The notes under the pieces: model-generated | Told to the model about the DNA's origin: nothing | Databases searched by the model: none | The model's input: only the letters and a program-made list of their open reading frames with translations | Part shown: piece by piece, positions 40,670 to 53,956 of the stretch | How the letters are laid out: the number at the start of each line of letters is the position of its first letter | How positions within the stretch are numbered: position 1 is the stretch's first letter | Made by a program: the position numbers and the translations under genes | DNA from: Octopus vulgaris | Lineage: Eukaryota | Reading direction: 5' to 3' | Assembly: GCA_951406725.2 (NCBI GenBank) | Contig: OX597818.1 | Coordinates: forward strand, 122,946,001 to 123,010,000 | Length of the DNA: 64,000 nucleotides

Positions 40670-40872
40670 AAGGCGGTGAACTGGTAGAAACGTTAGCACG
40701 TTGGGCGAACTGCTTAGCAGTATTTTGTTTGTCTTTACTTTCTGAGTTCAAAATCTGCCGATGTTGACTTTGCCTTTTATCCTTTCGGGGTCGATAAATT
40801 AAGCACCAGTTGCGTACTGATGTCGATCTAACCGACTGTCCCCCTCCCCCAGTCTTGTTCCTAGAGTAGAAA
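40670..40872 (+). mobile_element. SINE family C
   Basis: AAGGCGGTGAACTGGTAGAAACGTTAGCAC head and central domain. Confidence 0.85.
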
Positions 40873-41003
40873 ATGAAAAGTACTTAGGTGAGTTATTAAG
40901 ACTTTATGTAATGGGCAACGATGATTAAAATATCAGCTCACCTGCGTTCCTCTCATAACCACTCTTTACCCAGCGGACTTAATCTTCTATAACTATTTTC
41001 AAA

Positions 41004-41397
41004 GTGGAGGCGCAATGGCCCAGTGGTTAGGGCAGCGGACTCGCGGTCGTAGGATCGCGGTTTCGATTCCCAGACCGGGCGTTGTGAGTGTTTATTGAGC
41101 GAAAACATCTAAAGCTTCACGAGGCTCCTGCAGGGGGTGATGGTGAACCCTGCTGTACTCTTTCACCACAACTTTCTCTCACTCTTTCTTCCTGTTTCTG
41201 TAGTACCTGTATTTCAAAGGGCCAGCCTTGTCACACTCTGTGTCACGGTGAATCTCCTCGAGAACTACGTTAAGGGTACACGTGTCTGTGGAATGCTCAG
41301 CCACTTGCACGTTAATTCCACGAGCAAGCTGTTCCGTTGATCGTATCAGCTGGGACCCTCATCGTCGTAACCGACGGAGTGCTCCTATACTATACTA
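41004..41397 (+). mobile_element. SINE family A, full length with TSD
   Basis: Homologous to 37570-37953; TATTTTCAAAGTG duplicated at 40994 and 41398. Confidence 0.95.
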
Positions 41398-41483
41398 TAT
41401 TTTCAAAGTGTAAATTCAAATCATTTGAGCAATACTGTGTGTTTTTTTTTATATTGAGCATTTCTGGAGTCCACCTGTTGATT

Positions 41484-41519
<36 letters not shown>

Positions 41520-41859
41520 GTATGACATATGTAAGCACATGATGGTGTAATGAAATCAGTTTCAAGTAATACAATTAGGCAATTTAATCAAGCATAGATA
41601 GCAAACTTTGTTAATTGAAGAGGCCAGATTGTTCTTCTGTATATCATCTACACATAAGCGTACTTTTTCTTTTCTATTACCATCTCTGTTTATATGTCTC
41701 TCTCTTTAATCATTTATCTATGTAAATAACTGGCTACATTTCTCGTATGCGTCTTCAATAATTTTCCTTCATTATTTCTAACACATTTCCTATATTTTGA
41801 TATTGTCACTCTTCGTATTTTTTCTATTTCTCTATTTTCTATTCTTCTCAATCAATCAC

Positions 41860-41937
<78 letters not shown>

Positions 41938-42099
41938 AATCTATCTATCTATCTATGTTTCTGTTCATCTTTCTGTGTCTCTCTCACTCTATCCCTCTGT
42001 TTCTGTCTGTTTGTCTGTTTCTCTCTCTCCATCTATCTATCGATCAATCGAAGTTTGTTAATCTTCTTGACTGTCTCATCTCTCTCACTTTCTCCCTTA

Positions 42100-42138
<39 letters not shown>

Positions 42139-42214
42139 TATATGTTTGACTGTTTATCTATCTTCCTGGCCGTCTCAATTTCTCTCTCCCTCTCTCTTTG
42201 TATCTCTCTGTCTG

Positions 42215-42271
<57 letters not shown>

Positions 42272-42440
42272 GTATCTGTCTGTCTGTCTGTCTGTCTCCT
42301 AATCCATCTGCCTGTTTGTTTATATATTTGTCTCTTTGTCTATCTATATATCTATCTATCCGTCTCTCTGTATGTTTCTCTCTCTCTATCTCTTTCTCTC
42401 ACTCACTCTCTCTCTCTCCCTCTTTATCTATTTATCTAAT
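41860..42440. repeat. (TCTA)n/(TC)n pyrimidine-rich array
   Basis: Direct inspection. Confidence 0.95.
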
Positions 42441-42847
42441 AAAATATATCCTTTTTACTGGCTTCATAGTAAACATGTGTCTGACCAACGTGCTTCGCTT
42501 GACAAGTGGCAAAAAACCGACGTGAGTCTTATATTAATATGCAAGATTCTGATCTGAAATATTGCATTAAAAATTAAAGCTTTCCTCCGAAGACATAAAC
42601 ACGCACACACTTACACAATACTTGTCCCCTCACACGCTCTCACACAATTCAACGCACACAATCGCAAACACAATCACACACTCGAAACCCCACTTCTTTC
42701 TTTCCTACTTACTCTCACTCCTTCCACACTCTCCATTTGTCTCGCACTATTATTCTAAAAGGAGCAAACATCTTATATTATTCTCTCCGTAGTTTCCAAC
42801 ATTCCTTTCCCAATCCATGTTTTATAGTTCTATCGTTGCGTGGGGTT

Positions 42848-42978
42848 TAATTCCGCCGAGGTCGACTTTGCCTTTCATCCTTCCGGGGTCGATAAATTAA
42901 GTAGCAGTCAAGTACTGGGGTCGATATGATTGACTTACACCACTCCCCAAAATGTCAAGCCTTGTGCCTGGAGTAAAA
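42848..42978 (+). mobile_element. SINE family C, 5'-truncated
   Basis: CCGCCGAGGTCGACTTTGCCTTTCATCCTTCCGGGGTCGATAAA. Confidence 0.8.
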
Positions 42979-43187
42979 AAAAAATGTGTGGGGTTATATA
43001 ATATATATAGATGTATGTATCTCTATATATGCTTGAATGTATGTAATCGCAACACATCCATGCATAAATTTATCTATTTATACACTATTTGTGTTCGTGT
43101 ATATATTCGAGTATATTATCTAATTATCTATAGACAGTTGTACATTATGTGCATATACTTTATAGGTATGTGTTAAAGAAGGTATAC

Positions 43188-43226
<39 letters not shown>

Positions 43227-43261
43227 GTATATATATATATATATATATATATGTGTTTATA

Positions 43262-43299
<38 letters not shown>

Positions 43300-43305
43300 C
43301 ATATA

Positions 43306-43360
<55 letters not shown>

Positions 43361-43753
43361 TTATATATCTTTATATGTACACAGACACAAAAACACACAC
43401 ATATCTGTGCATACACACGCACACACATTTGTATATTTATTGTAGTTAGATTTGCGTTTGAAAACATATGTGTGTGTGCGTTTGTGGGCGTGGAGGCGTA
43501 CATTTATTGATGTGTATCCGTGAGTCTGAGCGTGCGTATGCATGCATGAGTGTATACGAATGTGTACGTGTAAGCGCGAGTGAGAGTATCTTTCTTGGAG
43601 GCTTATAGTGTTACCATTTCTTTCGCCGAGTGTCCCTTTTCCGATCTATAAACGATCGTGACTACGTTCCACCTCTCAGCTTTCAAATTCACGTCCATCA
43701 TATTTGTACCTTTTTTCCTTCTATCTGTATTTCTGTATGTACGTATATGTACG

Positions 43754-44074
43754 TATTTTAACAACTCTTACCAAAACCAGTAACAATAACACCCCTAAAA
43801 ACACATAACAAACAAAATTAAATCTTCTTATTAACAATCTAGATATACCTAAACTCACAATTTAATCTCCATTATCTTCATATCTATTATACTTACATCT
43901 AAATAGTAATATATAGAAATTATATTTATAAAAAAAAAAACCAAAAAGCCAATTAATATATATATATAATTAATCCCTTAGTAAAAAAAATAAATTGGGA
44001 ATAAGACTAATAAAATATATAAATATCACTAATAAACCACCTACATACACCAAAAATAATATATCACCATATCA
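43754..44074 (-). pseudogene. nad6: NUMT: fragment of mitochondrial NADH dehydrogenase subunit 6
   Basis: Invertebrate mitochondrial code gives WYGDMLFLVYVGGLLVMFMYFISLIPNL...FNFVCYVFLGVLLLLVLVSVVKM with two frameshifts; strong G-poor strand skew. Confidence 0.88.
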
Positions 44075-44112
44075 ATAATGTGTATCATATGTTCATCTCT
44101 CTAAAAAAAAAA

Positions 44113-44429
44113 GACTCCGCCGGTTACGACGACGAGGGTCCCAGCTGATACGATCAACGGAACAGCTTGCTCGTGAAATTAACGTGCAAATGGCTGAGCA
44201 TTCCACAGACACGTGTACCCTTAACGTAGTTCTCGGGGATAATCAGCGTGACACAGAGAGTGACAAGGCTGACCCTTTGAAATACCAGTACAACTCATTT
44301 TTGCCAGCTGAGTGGACTGGAGCAACGTGAAATAAAATGTCTTGCTCAAGGACACAACGCGTCGCCGGGAATCGAACTCACAACCTTACGATCATGAGCC
44401 GAATGCCCTAACCACTAAGCCACGCGCCC
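44113..44429 (-). mobile_element. tRNA/CORE SINE with family A-type tail
   Basis: Head TGGCTTAGTGG..GAGTTCGATTCC, CORE-like TCCTTGAGCAAGACA, tail GAGAACTACGTTAAGGGTACACGTGTCTG shared with family A. Confidence 0.9.
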
Positions 44430-44522
44430 TCACTCATCTCTCTACATATCAATGTATTTATACTTCTACGTATGTATGTATGTATGTATGTATGTATGTA
44501 TGTATGTATGTATGTATGTATG

Positions 44523-44575
<53 letters not shown>

Positions 44576-44778
44576 ACTTATGTATGCAATTATCTAACTC
44601 ACTCTTTAACGACCTCACTAAATATTTACGTACCAAATATCCTCCCTCATATTTGTAGGAGTTAATTACTCGCTCGTTTCCCGCTATTGTCATTTAGGGT
44701 AATGAACGTTTCGACACTTCTTATGACAAACCAACACTTTTATCAATTAATAAATGGAACTTAATTCTTAACTCTTAA

Positions 44779-44825
44779 TTCTTAATTCCTAAGGTGTTTT
44801 TCCGATGTTGTTGTTGTTGTTGTTA

Positions 44826-44880
<55 letters not shown>

Positions 44881-44966
44881 CAGTATTATTATTATCCAGG
44901 TCCCTGCATGGAATCAAACTCTGGATCTTGGGTTTAGCCCGCGCTCTTAAACACTACGCCATATAC

Positions 44967-45018
<52 letters not shown>

Positions 45019-45225
45019 GCAACAACAACAACAACAACAACAACAACATCGGAAAAATACCTTAGGAATAAGAACCCAGGTTTGAAATTTCCCCAAGACA
45101 CCTGATGAAGGCTGGACGGTATATCAGTCGAAACGCTGTGTTAACAACAAACAAGATGAGGACAAATATCCATCAAATGTAAATAATGTAAATAATGTAC
45201 ATAATTCCTCGTCTCTTAAATATAG
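44779..45225. mobile_element. Fold-back element: tRNA-like head + (AAT)n(AAC)n + hammerhead
   Basis: TTCCTAAGGTGTTTTTCCGATG(TTG)n(TTA)n mirrors (AAT)n(AAC)nATCGGAAAAATACCTTAGGAA; tRNA-like A and B boxes at 44896-44963 (minus); hammerhead at 45097-45142. Confidence 0.8.
45097..45142 (+). ncRNA. Minimal type I hammerhead motif (U16.1 mutated in this copy)
   Basis: GACAC-CTGATGA-A-GGCTGG/TCAGTC-GAAA-CGCT-GTGTT; the paralog at ~57223-57260 reads GAAACGTT. Confidence 0.65.
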
Positions 45226-46118
45226 ATATGTAATATTACACCTTGCTTTATATGAAAAAATATTCCCAAGGTGAATTGTCAGTAGATCACATCGATTTCA
45301 GCATCCTTTGACAAAACCGCTTTGTTCAACTGTGCCTGGTTTTGTGTTGTCCACACAGAAGTAGTTTTCTCCTCCTGCTCTCATTCAAGTACCCATCTGG
45401 TCAAGCTGAGTGCAACTGTATCTAATCCAGTGACGCAGCAACGATTTTGCTTTCTTAATGAAGAATAGAGTTTTACTTTCAGCCTTTACAGTCCATGCTT
45501 CTGCTATAACCAAAGGTGAATAAATAATGCTGTCTTTAAGCATAAATTAAATAAATTAAATAAATAGCAGTTGCTAGGAGGCCTCATGAGTCTAGGGGCC
45601 ACATTCTGACCTATGTATGTGGTAATTTACTGTCAATGGATAACTAATAGTCGTCTCAGGGCATGGATTTGCCTGGAATCCTATAATGTTAGTCATTATT
45701 CTGTCTAAATTGAATAAATCGCTACCCTGTATCCTTCCTTAATCCAATGCTAGATATATAACATACAAATGATGTAGGTAAAAAAGCACGGCATCACACT
45801 TCTATGTGAAACATGGTATACCATTATTCTGTACTTCCTTCATGTTTTGAATTCTTACTTTCACTTTGATACTCTGTACTGCTATTCCAAGACACCATCT
45901 AACCAACAATGAAAATTGATTAGTTAAATCAGACCTTGCCATATGAATACCAACATGTTGCATCTATTAGCAATATATGATCAGAAACATAAGCGCTTTC
46001 AAATCATTATCACCGTAGAGAAGGTTTTACAGGTGTTGTCATTTTTCACATCACACCTGGAAAGCAACATGATCAACTTTGTGATGATTCACATTGAGTT
46101 GACGCAGCCGCAATGTTA

Positions 46119-46721
46119 TGTAGTGATCCTACAACGGCGCGCGCTCGCGCACCGTCCATTTGTATTTCGCGCGTGTTGGTGCCTTTACCAAGGCAGAGAA
46201 AGGAAGGGCCCTCTCGCGCATGCGCGAACCACCGGAAGCACGACCCGCTTGCCTATCGTGGTAGTTAGCGAGGCAAGGGGGTCGTAGAACGTTTGACCAC
46301 TAGCAGCAGCAAGCGGCGACTTGGGACCCAGCGATTGAAGGCGGCGGTCAGGCATATTTTCTCTCCGTTCGAACTGATTCTAGCAGTCCTTTGGCCGAAG
46401 ACTTTTAACCAAAATTGTTGCAGACCAACATCGTCTCCATTGTTCGACGCCATCTTGAATCCGTTCTGTTTTTGCGGCTGGACATTGTAAATATTACAAT
46501 CTATTAACTTTCAGCCTTGCGCGCCCAGAATCAAGGACATCAGATAACACACTTATTGTTATTGTTTACCAAGAAAGAGAATAAAGTAGTTATATATATT
46601 TTACGTCTGCGTCTTGTTGTTTCTGACTAGTAGAGATTCTGGATTATTAACGAACGAGTGAGTGATTGCTTTGTGCACCCCAAAAGTGCACGAGGATATT
46701 CACACACCTAAGTTCGTTACA
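46119..46721 (+). mobile_element. Solo LTR (probably Ty3/gypsy)
   Basis: TGTAGTGA...TCGTTACA termini, 4-bp TSD GTTA (46115-46118, 46722-46725), AATAAA at 46580, GC and CpG rich. Confidence 0.85.
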
Positions 46722-48589
46722 GTTACTTTAGTGGAGCGACAAATATACCGTACTCAGGAGTTAGTTATGCTGCCTGGTACATTTTGAAAGGCATGCCTGT
46801 TGCCAGAACATGCTCCGACCATGCATAAATTCAGTACCAATGGCAATCAGTTGCGTAACGCTTTGCGGCCTAATACTGTTCCGGAATGCAAGAATTGTTC
46901 AGGAATGCAAGTAAATTGGATATTGTTTTAATAAGGAATCAAAACCGGTCTGGTTCCACTTTTCACAACTTACTCCGAAACACCTTCCTTTGTTACATTC
47001 TCTAATGCGACCGACGCATGTTGACTTTTTAAATTATTCCCATAAATTATTACAATCGTAATGATGAACGTCTTTGCTCATAATATTTCGTCTACTTTTC
47101 TTATTCTGTCGAGACATCCATTCGTTCCGTCAGAATCCGATTTCCCCCATGTCTCTCCCAACTCATCAACTCTCTTCATGTTTCATTTTCGTTCTTCAAA
47201 ATCTATCTGTAGTGTTACACGAACAATATCTGTTAAACGATGTATGTTGTGGCAGTTACACTAGTTACGTTAGACACAACTGTAGATTTGCAGTAATACT
47301 GTACATCTCAAGCGTTATAAAGCTTGGCGGGTGACCAAACCACACGCGAAACAAAGTGTTATCTCACATTTCTGTTCTCTCCATCGTTTTTTATGACATA
47401 TCAAAAATTTTATCATAAGAGCTTCACAAATTCATTTGTTTCTCACCTTAGCCGTTTCACCTCCTACTTAGCATTTTCTAAAGCATTGCGTAGAAACGAA
47501 CAAGGCGCTTAAGAGGCTGTTATTATGTCGGCCTAGGTAAGACCTAACTACATTTGTGTCGTATATAAAGTCATTTAAGTGACAAGATGTGATGCACAAA
47601 TCCCTCCCCCACCCTGGGAAAATGCTACCTAAGCCTTACTAAAGGCTTTATTTTTGTAGTCTCTTGCATGAAGGGGTTAATTCTATGTGATATTCATTGC
47701 AGTTAGGACAGTATATACACTCTCCCCATTCTAGTAGGCTGCTGCTCGAGTTGCAGTTTTTTTTTAGAAACATGGACGTCCTCAGGATCGAGCAGACGTA
47801 TGGTTAAAGGCATCACAGCTATATTCATCTTCTTTCTAATTATAATTTATCCTAAAATATATTTTCGAATGTGCCATTTCTTCATTTTAAATCGTTTGAG
47901 TGTGAATTGAAGGAAATTTGCATGATATTCGCAGCATATAAAATGACGGCGTGATCACAACAGAGATGGGTTAGAAGAACTCAGTAACAATATATCACTT
48001 GTTTTCCCTTTGAACTAATCTATTGCGGTGTACGTACAAAATACCACAGAATTTAGGGATGATGGTAATATTAATTCTGTTTAAATTTCGTGCGAGTTGC
48101 ATGTGCGTGTGTATGTGTAAGTTTGTGTTTGTGTGTGCGCGCGTGCGTACGTGCGTGCCTCTCTGTCTATTTGCCTGTTTTCTACCTATTCGTTTGTCTG
48201 TTTTTTTTTGGGGGGGGGTTTATGTTCATCTGAAACGAGAGAGGCGTGATGGCATTCCATGGCTATTATTGTTAGTACTATTTCGGAGTGTCATTATATC
48301 ACAATTTTCATCTCAATGTATTGCGGTGGTTTGTCAATACTTGTGAAAAGAGTGATTTCTTCGTGTGCCAGATAATTTAGATCAATCTGGAGCCCTGGCA
48401 AAGTTCAGTGCGTCCACAGGAACAAAAATAGGGATTAGCAGAGGTCACAAGCACAACGAAGGTCAGGGAGCACAACCATCACTTTATTGTATACAATGCA
48501 TTTTGTATATCATAAGTTCGATCGGAGCAGAAAAATAGGATTTATTTGATGGATAATAATTTATTGTTGATGAAGAATGTATCAATTTT

Positions 48590-49963
48590 GTATAAATTAA
48601 ATATTGTGTTCATACTTTGAAGTTCTTACCTTCAGTAAAAGTCTCCGAGGCAATTATTTGTGTCGTTTCATAGAACTTTGAGAAAGGGTTTTGATTTTTC
48701 TGAATGGTAAGCAGCTTGGAAAAGAAACTCTAGCTGCCAAATAGAAACTTTTACTTTTCGGACTTACTTGAGAAGCTACATTGGCTAAGCAAAGAGCTAC
48801 AAGATAAAATACAAGTCTTTTAATTTCCAAAAAGGCTACCAGTGTTCTCCTTGGAAAACTTAATCTGTTCAGGTTAAATATTGGGCGTAAAGAATTGATG
48901 CTATTTCCAACCTTTGCCACTATTGAGGAGGATTTGTAAGAAAACGGTTTTGTAACGTACATATAGTAAATGGAGAAAAAAAAAGATCGATCGCACATGA
49001 TATGGAAATTAGATTCAAGGATTTTCTCAAAATGAACATTCCATATTAGATGAAAATGCCATTGGGACAAATGCAGCTGATGTTGAAATCAGATTGCAAG
49101 TAAACCTTGTTGAGTTATAGAGTAATTACATTACTCAAGCTAAATTCAACTAGGATCTCATACCACATTGACAAATAGTAAAATTACTTTGAAATTTTCA
49201 TTACTTTCGCAGGAAGCAAAATCCTATTACATCACTATTCTTACTCCTTACCAAGCATGATTCCTACCATCAAAAGTTTGTAATCATTTAGGAATTGCGA
49301 ATTGATCTTCGTTTCTCGCTAACTGCTATGGATCTTTATATGGAAAAAGCACAAGGATCTCATTCAATAAATACAGTAAAAAGGTGATACGAGATATTTT
49401 CATTTCATTTTGCTAAAGGATTTCGGTTTTGTACTTAAAAAGTAATGATGTTTTTGAACTAGATATCAACAGGGTTTTTTTCTTATGCATGTACATGAGA
49501 AAAATAACGTGTGATTGTATATGGCTGCTTTATTGAACCCATAAAATATATCTGTGTTTGTGAAATAGAATAATCGAGAATAAATTTGCAATTATCAGAC
49601 ACTGATATCATTATGAGTTTATTACGATAATGGTAGAAAACAATTGACCATTAAAATAATTCAATGTGTAATGTTGAAAAATTGTCTTCAGTACAAATTA
49701 TCACTTTTTAAAAAGTCTTAGAAATAATTTCACAATAATTAAACTATTTTAGAACGATTAATATTAAAAGTGTTGTTACTATTTAAAAAGTTTTCTAAAA
49801 CATTTAATTTTATTGAAGGTCTATCATATTTTCAAAAGAGACCTTTTCCTACCAACTATTTGTTACAAAATTGAAGTATTTTTCTTTGCTAATATCTAAG
49901 GAACCAGAGAAAAATTAAGGATTCCAAGATGGTGCCATGAACTGAAAACTATTGGGTTCTACT
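48590..49963 (+). mobile_element. hAT (Charlie/Buster-like) transposase remnant with right end
   Basis: Decayed HT.EV...GNYLCRF, GKLNLFRLNIGRKELMLFPT, DMEIRFKDFL, DLRFSLT, AQGSH*; terminus ..TTGGGTTCTACTG. Confidence 0.7.
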
Positions 49964-50539
49964 GCATCGGCTGACCTTTGTCATATATTTTGAGTTAGAC
50001 GATTTCCTTATTGTTTTACGTATTTCTATGTTATTGTCGCTGTTTCTCTTGTTTAGCCACAAGATAAATCTGAGTGAGCAGACTTTCGATAGAAGGCCTT
50101 CCAACCCCTCATATTTTCTACGTTACATTTCCTAGTATGGCCTTATAGTTTAAGATGATAGGATATGATTTGAAGGATATTCCTATTATTTCTACCGAAT
50201 CAAACGATTACAGAAAAACTCTCGTGATGGCGAGTCATGGTTAGAGTGGGGTGATGTGCATTTTGTTTTCGTGTCTTCGCTATGTAGGTTTTGGCAGCTG
50301 ATCTTTTGAAACATACTGCATAAGGATGTTTGCTTCCTGTTCTCGTGCGGTTATGTTTATTCGATGTTGATATTGTGAACCCTGATGTGGTGCGGCCGTT
50401 ATTACAGCTGTTGATGGTGTTTATTTATTTGTACAGAATTTTACACGTAGTTTTGTATTTTATATTAGATAACCATATTTGCAAATGTTCAGGTTTTTTA
50501 TGATTTATTTCTTTGTTAGTTTCATTTTTAGTTGTTTAA

Positions 50540-51300
50540 TGTTACGTTTTACGTGTGTTCTGTGTGGTGTTTGTATGTAATGTTTGAGGCTGGCTGGGTT
50601 TTCTTTTTCTGCAATCAACTAGCCTATTTTATTAGGTTAATTGATGTAGTTCTTACTTCACGTTGTGGGATATAGCTTTAGAAATGTTTATATTTATTCT
50701 GATGAAAGAATATTCTGGTCTGTCTACGTTTTTCTATCAAAGGCCAATCTGATATTTTCTATATAGAATTATATTATTCAATATGCCCAATTTAAAGCAT
50801 AGAATGTAGTTAAAACATTGGATAGTTTTTCTACTATCCCTGGAGAGCTGCTTGGCCGCATGGAGATCATTTCGGTGATCAAGTAATATATAGCTTCCTG
50901 CTAGCCTTGATTCTATATATTAGTGAAATCACTCTTTTGGTACTAGTGTCTTCCATGTGATGATCATAGAAGCATTGTCGCAGTTAGCGCTTAAAAAGAG
51001 ATTTGTTTAATACTATTGTGTTACCCTTGCTGTTACCTACATAGTTTGTCGAAGAAGGATGACTTTTTCGGCACTGAAGTCTCGACGAATGATAGTATTT
51101 GTGAGTGTCAAACTATTTTCATTAACGTACTAAAACAATTGAAGCAGTTGATTGCAGGCGGTAATTTTTAGGAAGTTAATATGCTTTCTGTTCTTAGAAT
51201 TCAATTAAAAGCACGCGTTTCTGAGTTTTAACTGTATTTTACTAATGATCAGATATATTCTGCTATATCTCAATATTGTATGGGTGGGCTTATTTTTGGA
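50540..51300 (-). mobile_element. Highly decayed PLE RT C-terminal region
   Basis: Fragments KHINFLKIT, IKQI, IQCFN, KYQI.FDRKT, EYS..NISKAISHN occur in PLE order. Confidence 0.45.
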
Positions 51301-51495
51301 ATTAAACCTCCTTCTGTGGTTTGCTCCGTTTTCCTTTATGAGAGTATAAGTTTCAAACTGAGGTGTCCTCTTTTCGGCTCCTAATTTCGATTTTAGTATA
51401 ATAGAGACATAACTGTCTTATGAGATGGGTTACTATTTTAGTCCTATAAAATTGGTTTTAATGATAGTTTCTTTATATTGCAGTATTTCAAAATA

Positions 51496-51555
51496 CAGTA
51501 ATCCCTTGCCATATCGCGGCTCCCCTATCGCATACTCAGAACATCGTGGATTTTT
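51496..51555. mobile_element. Tigger/pogo-like TIR fragment
   Basis: TA-CAGTAATCCCTTGCCATATCGCGG..TATCGC..CATCGTGGATTTTT. Confidence 0.55.
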
Positions 51556-51580
51556 CTGGTTAATATATGTAAATCTATAT

Positions 51581-51997
51581 TTATTTATTTCTTGCCCACA
51601 GGGAGCTAAACATAGAGGAGAGAAACGAGAACAGACAAAGGATTAAGTCGATTACATCGACCCCAGTGCGTAACTGGTACTTATTTAATCAACCCCAAAA
51701 GGATGAAAGGCAAAGTCGACCTCGGCGGAATTTGAACTCAGAACGTAACGGCTGACGAAATACCTATTTCTTTGCTACCCACAAGGGACTAAACTTAGAG
51801 TGGACAAACAAGGACAGTCAAACGGATTAAGTCGATTACATCGACCCCAATGTGTAACTAGTACTTAATTTATCGACCCCGAAAGGATGAAAGGCAAAGT
51901 CAACCTCGGCGGAATTTCAACTCAGAACGTAACGGCAGACGAAATACGGCTACGCATTTCGCCCGGCGTGCTAACGTTTCTGCCAGCTCGCTGCCCT
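51581..51997 (-). mobile_element. Head-to-tail SINE family C dimer with single TSD
   Basis: Two monomers; ATATATGTAAAT(C/T)TATAT at 51563-51580 and 51998-52015. Confidence 0.9.
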
Positions 51998-52940
51998 ATA
52001 TATGTAAATTTATATGGCGGACTCTGTAGTATAACAGGGTTTCTGCGGCCGATAGGTATTTATATTTTGTTTAGATTTTAATCATTTCTCTGTGAGGTTT
52101 TGGTACGTAACACCCGCGATTGTAGCGGGATTACTGTATCAGAGTTAGTTTCTATGTTTTTGCATTGTTTAATTGGTCTGTTCTTGTATTTTATACGTGT
52201 GTTACATTTACAACTTAAATTCGTACATAGGAGTATATATGTATATATGTAATGAGATATTTAAAGATAGAACTTCTATGGATTTTTTACGCTTTATTCC
52301 GATCTTTTCTTCGATATAACTTTTGAATAATTTGTGATATCTCTACAGATTTTATTGAATGAGGGTTTACATGACATTCCAAGTATAACGTTTCTTGTTT
52401 CATACAGAACTATCAGATTCAGATTTTTGTTATTGTAATTATCGTTGTGTTGTTGTTGCTGTTGCTGTTGTTGTTGTTGTTGTTCTTGTTGTTGTCGTTG
52501 TTGTTGTTACTGACGCTCCTGCTTAATCTTAGAGTAACTTAATCGACTAAACCTTTGATTATACGCATTTTTGTCGTGATATCTTCATCTTTGCTCACAT
52601 ATTTAACCATTGAGTAACTTCCAGTCGCATTTCTATACAGTCGTGTGTAATTAATCGCAGCAATGTACGTAAATGGATTATTCATCAGACATTTCGTTCC
52701 AGAGTGTTATAGTTTACAGAAGTGGCTTGCGCATGGCAAATGGCGTTTGAAATGTGCACTCATCTATGTGCATTCATAATCATATCTTTTTCTTTCCCCT
52801 ATTTTTCGACTCTTGGCTATCCCGCTCTCCTAAAAACATGCAAAGATGGTGTCAACACAAACTTCAAAATCATGTTTTTTTTTTGTCTTTGCATTGAAAG
52901 TAGAGCGCATCCTGGAAACATTAATGTTACTATTGTATTC

Positions 52941-53227
52941 CTTTATTATTTTACTTGTTTTAGTGATTTGACTGCGGCCATGCTGGAGCGATACCTTAAG
53001 GGTTTTTTGTCGAACAAATCGACGCCAAGATTTACTCCTTGTAAACCTAGTACTTATTCTATCGAGGGGGTTCTTTTAGATTCCGTCTACCAAATCCACT
53101 CACAAGAATTTTGGTTGAACAGAGACTATAGAACAAAATACTTGCCCAAGGTGCCACGCTTTGGTACTGAACCTGGAACCATGTAGTTGGGAAGCAACCT
53201 GCTTCTCACACACCTACACCTGCACCT
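52941..53227 (-). mobile_element. SINE family B, diverged and deleted
   Basis: Tail GACTGCGGCCATGCTGGAGC and head CTTGCCCAAGGTGCCACGC..GAACCTGGAACC. Confidence 0.8.
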
Positions 53228-53389
53228 ACGATTTTTTTTATAAAATAGCTTTAGCACTTCGACACGAAGCTCATTCTAAAAATAATGAAGTAAATAATTA
53301 AAATGGCCGAAATATAAACTACACCCCCAAACAAATACATGTGTGTGTGTGTGTGTGTGCATCTCCGTGTGCATTGTGTGGGTGAGAGT

Positions 53390-53956
53390 GCGTGCATGTA
53401 TGTATGTATGTATGTTTGTATGTATGTGTGTGTGTATGTGTGTGTGTATGTATGTATGTATATATGTATGTGTGTATGTGTATGTATGTATGTATGTATG
53501 TGTGTGTGTATGTATGTATGTATGTATGTATGTATGTATGTGTGTGTGTATGTATGTATGTATGTATGTATGTGTGTGTGTATGTATGTATGTATACATG
53601 CATGTATGTATGTGTGTGTATGTATGTAGGTATGTATGTATGTATGTATGTATGTGTGTATGTATGTATGTATGTATGTATGTATGTATGTATGTATGTA
53701 TGTATGTATGTGTGTGTATGTATGTATGTATGTATGTATGTATGTATGTATGTATGTGTGTATGTATGTATGTATGTATGTATGTATGTATGTATGTATG
53801 TATGTAGGTATGTATGTATGTATGTATGTATGTATGTATGTATGTATGTGTGTGTGTATGTATGTATGTATGTATGTATGTGTGTATGCATGTATGTATG
53901 TATGTATGTATGTATGTATGTATGTATGTATGTATGTATGAATGTATGTATGTGTA
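53390..53956. repeat. (TATG)n microsatellite
   Basis: Direct inspection. Confidence 0.98.
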
